Source: Monocercomonoides exilis PA203
Lineage: Eukaryota; Protista; Preaxostyla
NCBI GenBank assembly: GCA_001643675.2
Contig: LSRY02000036.1
Span: 248,001 to 312,000 of the forward strand
Direction: 5' to 3'
Length of the DNA stretch: 64,000 nucleotides
The notes beneath the pieces are model-generated. The model saw nothing but the letters and a program-made list of their open reading frames with translations. It was not told where the DNA came from and ran no database searches. The translations under genes and the position numbers were made by a program. Shown piece after piece: positions 61,301-64,000 of this stretch; position 1 is the stretch's first letter, and every line of letters starts with the position of its first letter.

Positions 61301-63443
61301 CGCCATGAGCCTGTCTGCTTCGTTGCTTCCTCACAATTTTGCTACTGTGGAAGGAATACAAAAATTGTATCAGAGCGAAGTAGATCTGATGATAGAGAAA
61401 AGAAAAACTCCAGTCGCATCAGCAAAGGCACGATTAGGCGTATCATCTCAAATAAAAACAGAGAATTCTGCCTCATCTTCATCTAATTCAAAACCCAATT
61501 CATTGTCAGCCTCTTCTTCATCAACTTGTTTGTCAAACACTTCATCCACATCTTCACTTCAATCATCATTCACCTCACTGCCTTCAACTGCTCCAATTGC
61601 TTCAAGGCAATCAAATGCTTCTTTGTCGACAAAGTCATCAAAGCAGATCCATTCACAAATCTTGGAATACTCTTTGGCGTCTGGAAATCTCCAGTGCTAT
61701 TGCGAAGAGCTGGTGTCAGCTGGACTCTGGTGGAAAGCACTTTCCGTCGCCCCTGCTGTTTCCATTGGATATTGGCGCTCTCTGGCTTTGAGGGCAGCAG
61801 ACGACGCGGAATATAAAGGAAAGTGCGATGACGAGCTGATTGGACTGCTTGTTGCTGCAGGATGTATTGACAGGGCAATAAAAATCTGTTTGGAGAAGAA
61901 GATGAGTGTGGAGGCTATCGCACTTGCAAGTGCATTCCATTCATTTAATGCAGAAAGTGATTCTGGTTTGCGTGCTTCTGTGGGAGTTATTGATGAGAAA
62001 TGTCGCTGTGATTGGTCCTTGCAGACAATAAATGTGATTCAGAGCAAAGAAATGAAAAAAGATTCTCGTTTTATTTTGTGTAAGATCCCATCAAATATCA
62101 CTTTTGGAACACCAAAATGTGCATCATTTTTGTCGAGTTTGAAAGTGAAGCAGAATATGTCGTTGCGTCTGGCTTCTCAAAAGCCTGCTGCGATTTACAG
62201 AGCTTTGGCCTCTGAATTCGCAAGGCGTGGGCATCCAGTGATGGCTGCATGCTGCTTTGTTGCTTCAGATGAAATGGACAATGCAATCTTTTGCTTGTCA
62301 CAGAGCGGCGAAATAGAGCTGGCGATATGCTTAGCGACAATTTTAAAAAAGCCGATTTCATCTTTGACAATAAATGCACTTATGATGAGATGCGAAAAGC
62401 TTGGGTTGTGGGAAGAAGCACTAGAGATGGTTAAGAAATGCAGAACAAATGAGCTATCAAACAAAACGTGGGCGATGATCCTATGCGCCAGATATGGCAA
62501 TATGCACAAACAAGATGAAACAGCTGCTTTTTACAAGAAAGCAAGCATTCACTCAATTGAAGAATATTCTCGTATTGCATCCATTGAAATTTCAGAGACT
62601 TTACCCCACGATGATATTGTTACTGAGCTTCAACAAGAAGTTGGAGAGGAATTAGTTCCGCTTGTTGCATCTGTTCTTTCTCAGATGAATATGAAAGCAG
62701 CACAGTTTGGATTGGATCTACTCAGAAAGCAATTTGCACAAGAGGAATGGGAGCTGAAAGCGCTTCAAAATATTCTCTTATGGCTTGGCTGTTCTGACAT
62801 GTGCGCTGTTGATGAACAAATCAAAAAAGAACTTTTTATTTACTCTTGTTTGGTTGGTGCAATTACTGGGGATTGGAAAGGTTATGCACAGATTGTGCCA
62901 CATCTGCTGGAGCAAGCTACAAAATGCTTGGTTGACAAGGAAATGAACATAGCTGTTGACAGTTCGTTATTCAAGTTGTTGAACATTTGCTATCCTTCGC
63001 AACAATCTGTTGCATCGTTGAAAAAAAAAGTGAATAACTCTGCTGAAGAAATAGGAAGATTGACAATTTCATCGCTCCCACTTTGCCAGTCTGGAGAGTC
63101 ACCAAACAGCACCTCCAGCACATCAGCAGAAGGCAGTTCACATGCAATTTACACGAAATGCTCACTTGCAGACATATTGACACGCTTGCAGAAGCAGCTG
63201 AATGAATGCAGCGAGAGCAATATTCACTCTTCTCTGCATCTACTGCCTCTTGGCTCGTGCATTCCTTCTGGAGGCACCCTGACAGCAGACGGCATCTCGT
63301 TCTTCACACAGCTTCCAATTGATGGACAGTGCTTCTGTTTGGAGGATGGATCAACTTTGATCTCATTGAGCGAAGCACTTATGTGGGCTTCTGTGAACCC
63401 TTTTTCACCACTTGGAACTGGGAAGAGAATAAATCCTTATTGA
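58332..63443 (+). CDS. WDR17: WD repeat-containing protein 17
   Basis: Spliced start ML-KQTSFIRPGSQ (intron 58338-58394); multiple WD40 repeats (GHSDEICSVSFHP, GHTGSVTALAWSP...SGSQDHSIRVW); WWKALSVAPAVSIGYW; diagnostic C-terminus ALMWASVNPFSPLGTGKRINPY. Confidence 0.93.
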
Positions 63444-64000
63444 ATTGGAAAAAAAATATTAGCAGTTATTATATATATTTATAGATATTATTTATTTATT
63501 TCCATATGGATGTACATTGTACTATAAACATTTAATTTTAGAAAATTTCAAATAACAACAAAATTTCGTTGATTTTTTAGCCAACTTTTTAATTCCTATA
63601 TGTAATGATTTTTTTTTCTGATTTCTTTGCACGCACAATTTCGAATGAAAGAATTAATATTAGTTGTCTGAAGTCTGCATTTGTGAATATCAGTTTAAAC
63701 AGTTTTTAGAAAAAATTATAAAATTTCTTTGTGTGATATCATGGGTTGATCACAAACAGTTTTTGCATTTTTTATCCAGATTGAATGGATTTTTTTCAAC
63801 TACCATCGTTTCAGCTTAACCTCTCTGCAAAAATTGAACATGTGACGAGTGGAAGATGTATTCACTTTTTCTTTGATAAACTATTTCACTTTTTTTTATC
63901 ACATATAATTTTTCGAATACTGCTTTCTTTCTGGTGCTAACTTGTTTTTTAAATAGTTGAAGAGAATGCAACGTCACTTGTTTGCTCAACGGAAGGAGGA

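Noticed and set aside
63949-64000. 3' end of a minus-strand gene at the window edge (PPSVEQTSDVAFSSTI*)
   Set aside because: Too short to support.
1-64000. CRISPR arrays, tRNA/rRNA genes, prokaryotic operons or defence systems, intact transposase or reverse transcriptase
   Set aside because: None seen. The DNA is eukaryotic and intron-rich, and the repeats are microsatellites or inverted repeats without spacers.

Overview
AT-rich eukaryotic genomic DNA with the standard genetic code, many short spliceosomal introns and poly-Ser (TCT/TCA) low-complexity coding tracts. The style and two lineage-specific gene families suggest an oxymonad such as Monocercomonoides (inference, not verified). About 2.7-20.4 kb is mostly decayed coding sequence (ARM-repeat, Sfi1-like/coiled-coil and surface beta-helix family remnants) around one intact expanded-family gene. 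About 22-63.4 kb is a dense run of intact genes: LCAT/lysosomal PLA2, a 2.2-kaa Ser-rich orphan, PLAA/Doa1, a PSI-domain membrane protein, a giant IQ/Sfi1-repeat protein, CWF19L1, a USP deubiquitinase and WDR17. The non-coding highlights are a fully palindromic TA-flanked Tc1/mariner-type MITE (21252-21609), a second foldback element with about 270-bp arms and a related terminal motif (56316-57131), a solo pogo-like terminus, a structured roughly 150-nt H/ACA-like ncRNA candidate (51870-52022) and a 1.7-kb intronic (TTTTA)n array. Other oddities are a Cys-His-Ser USP triad, a likely GC-AG intron, GTTTG/AAG splice-site usage and an exon readable in two frames. I found no convincing multi-gene novel system. 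All gene models and alignments were made by eye.
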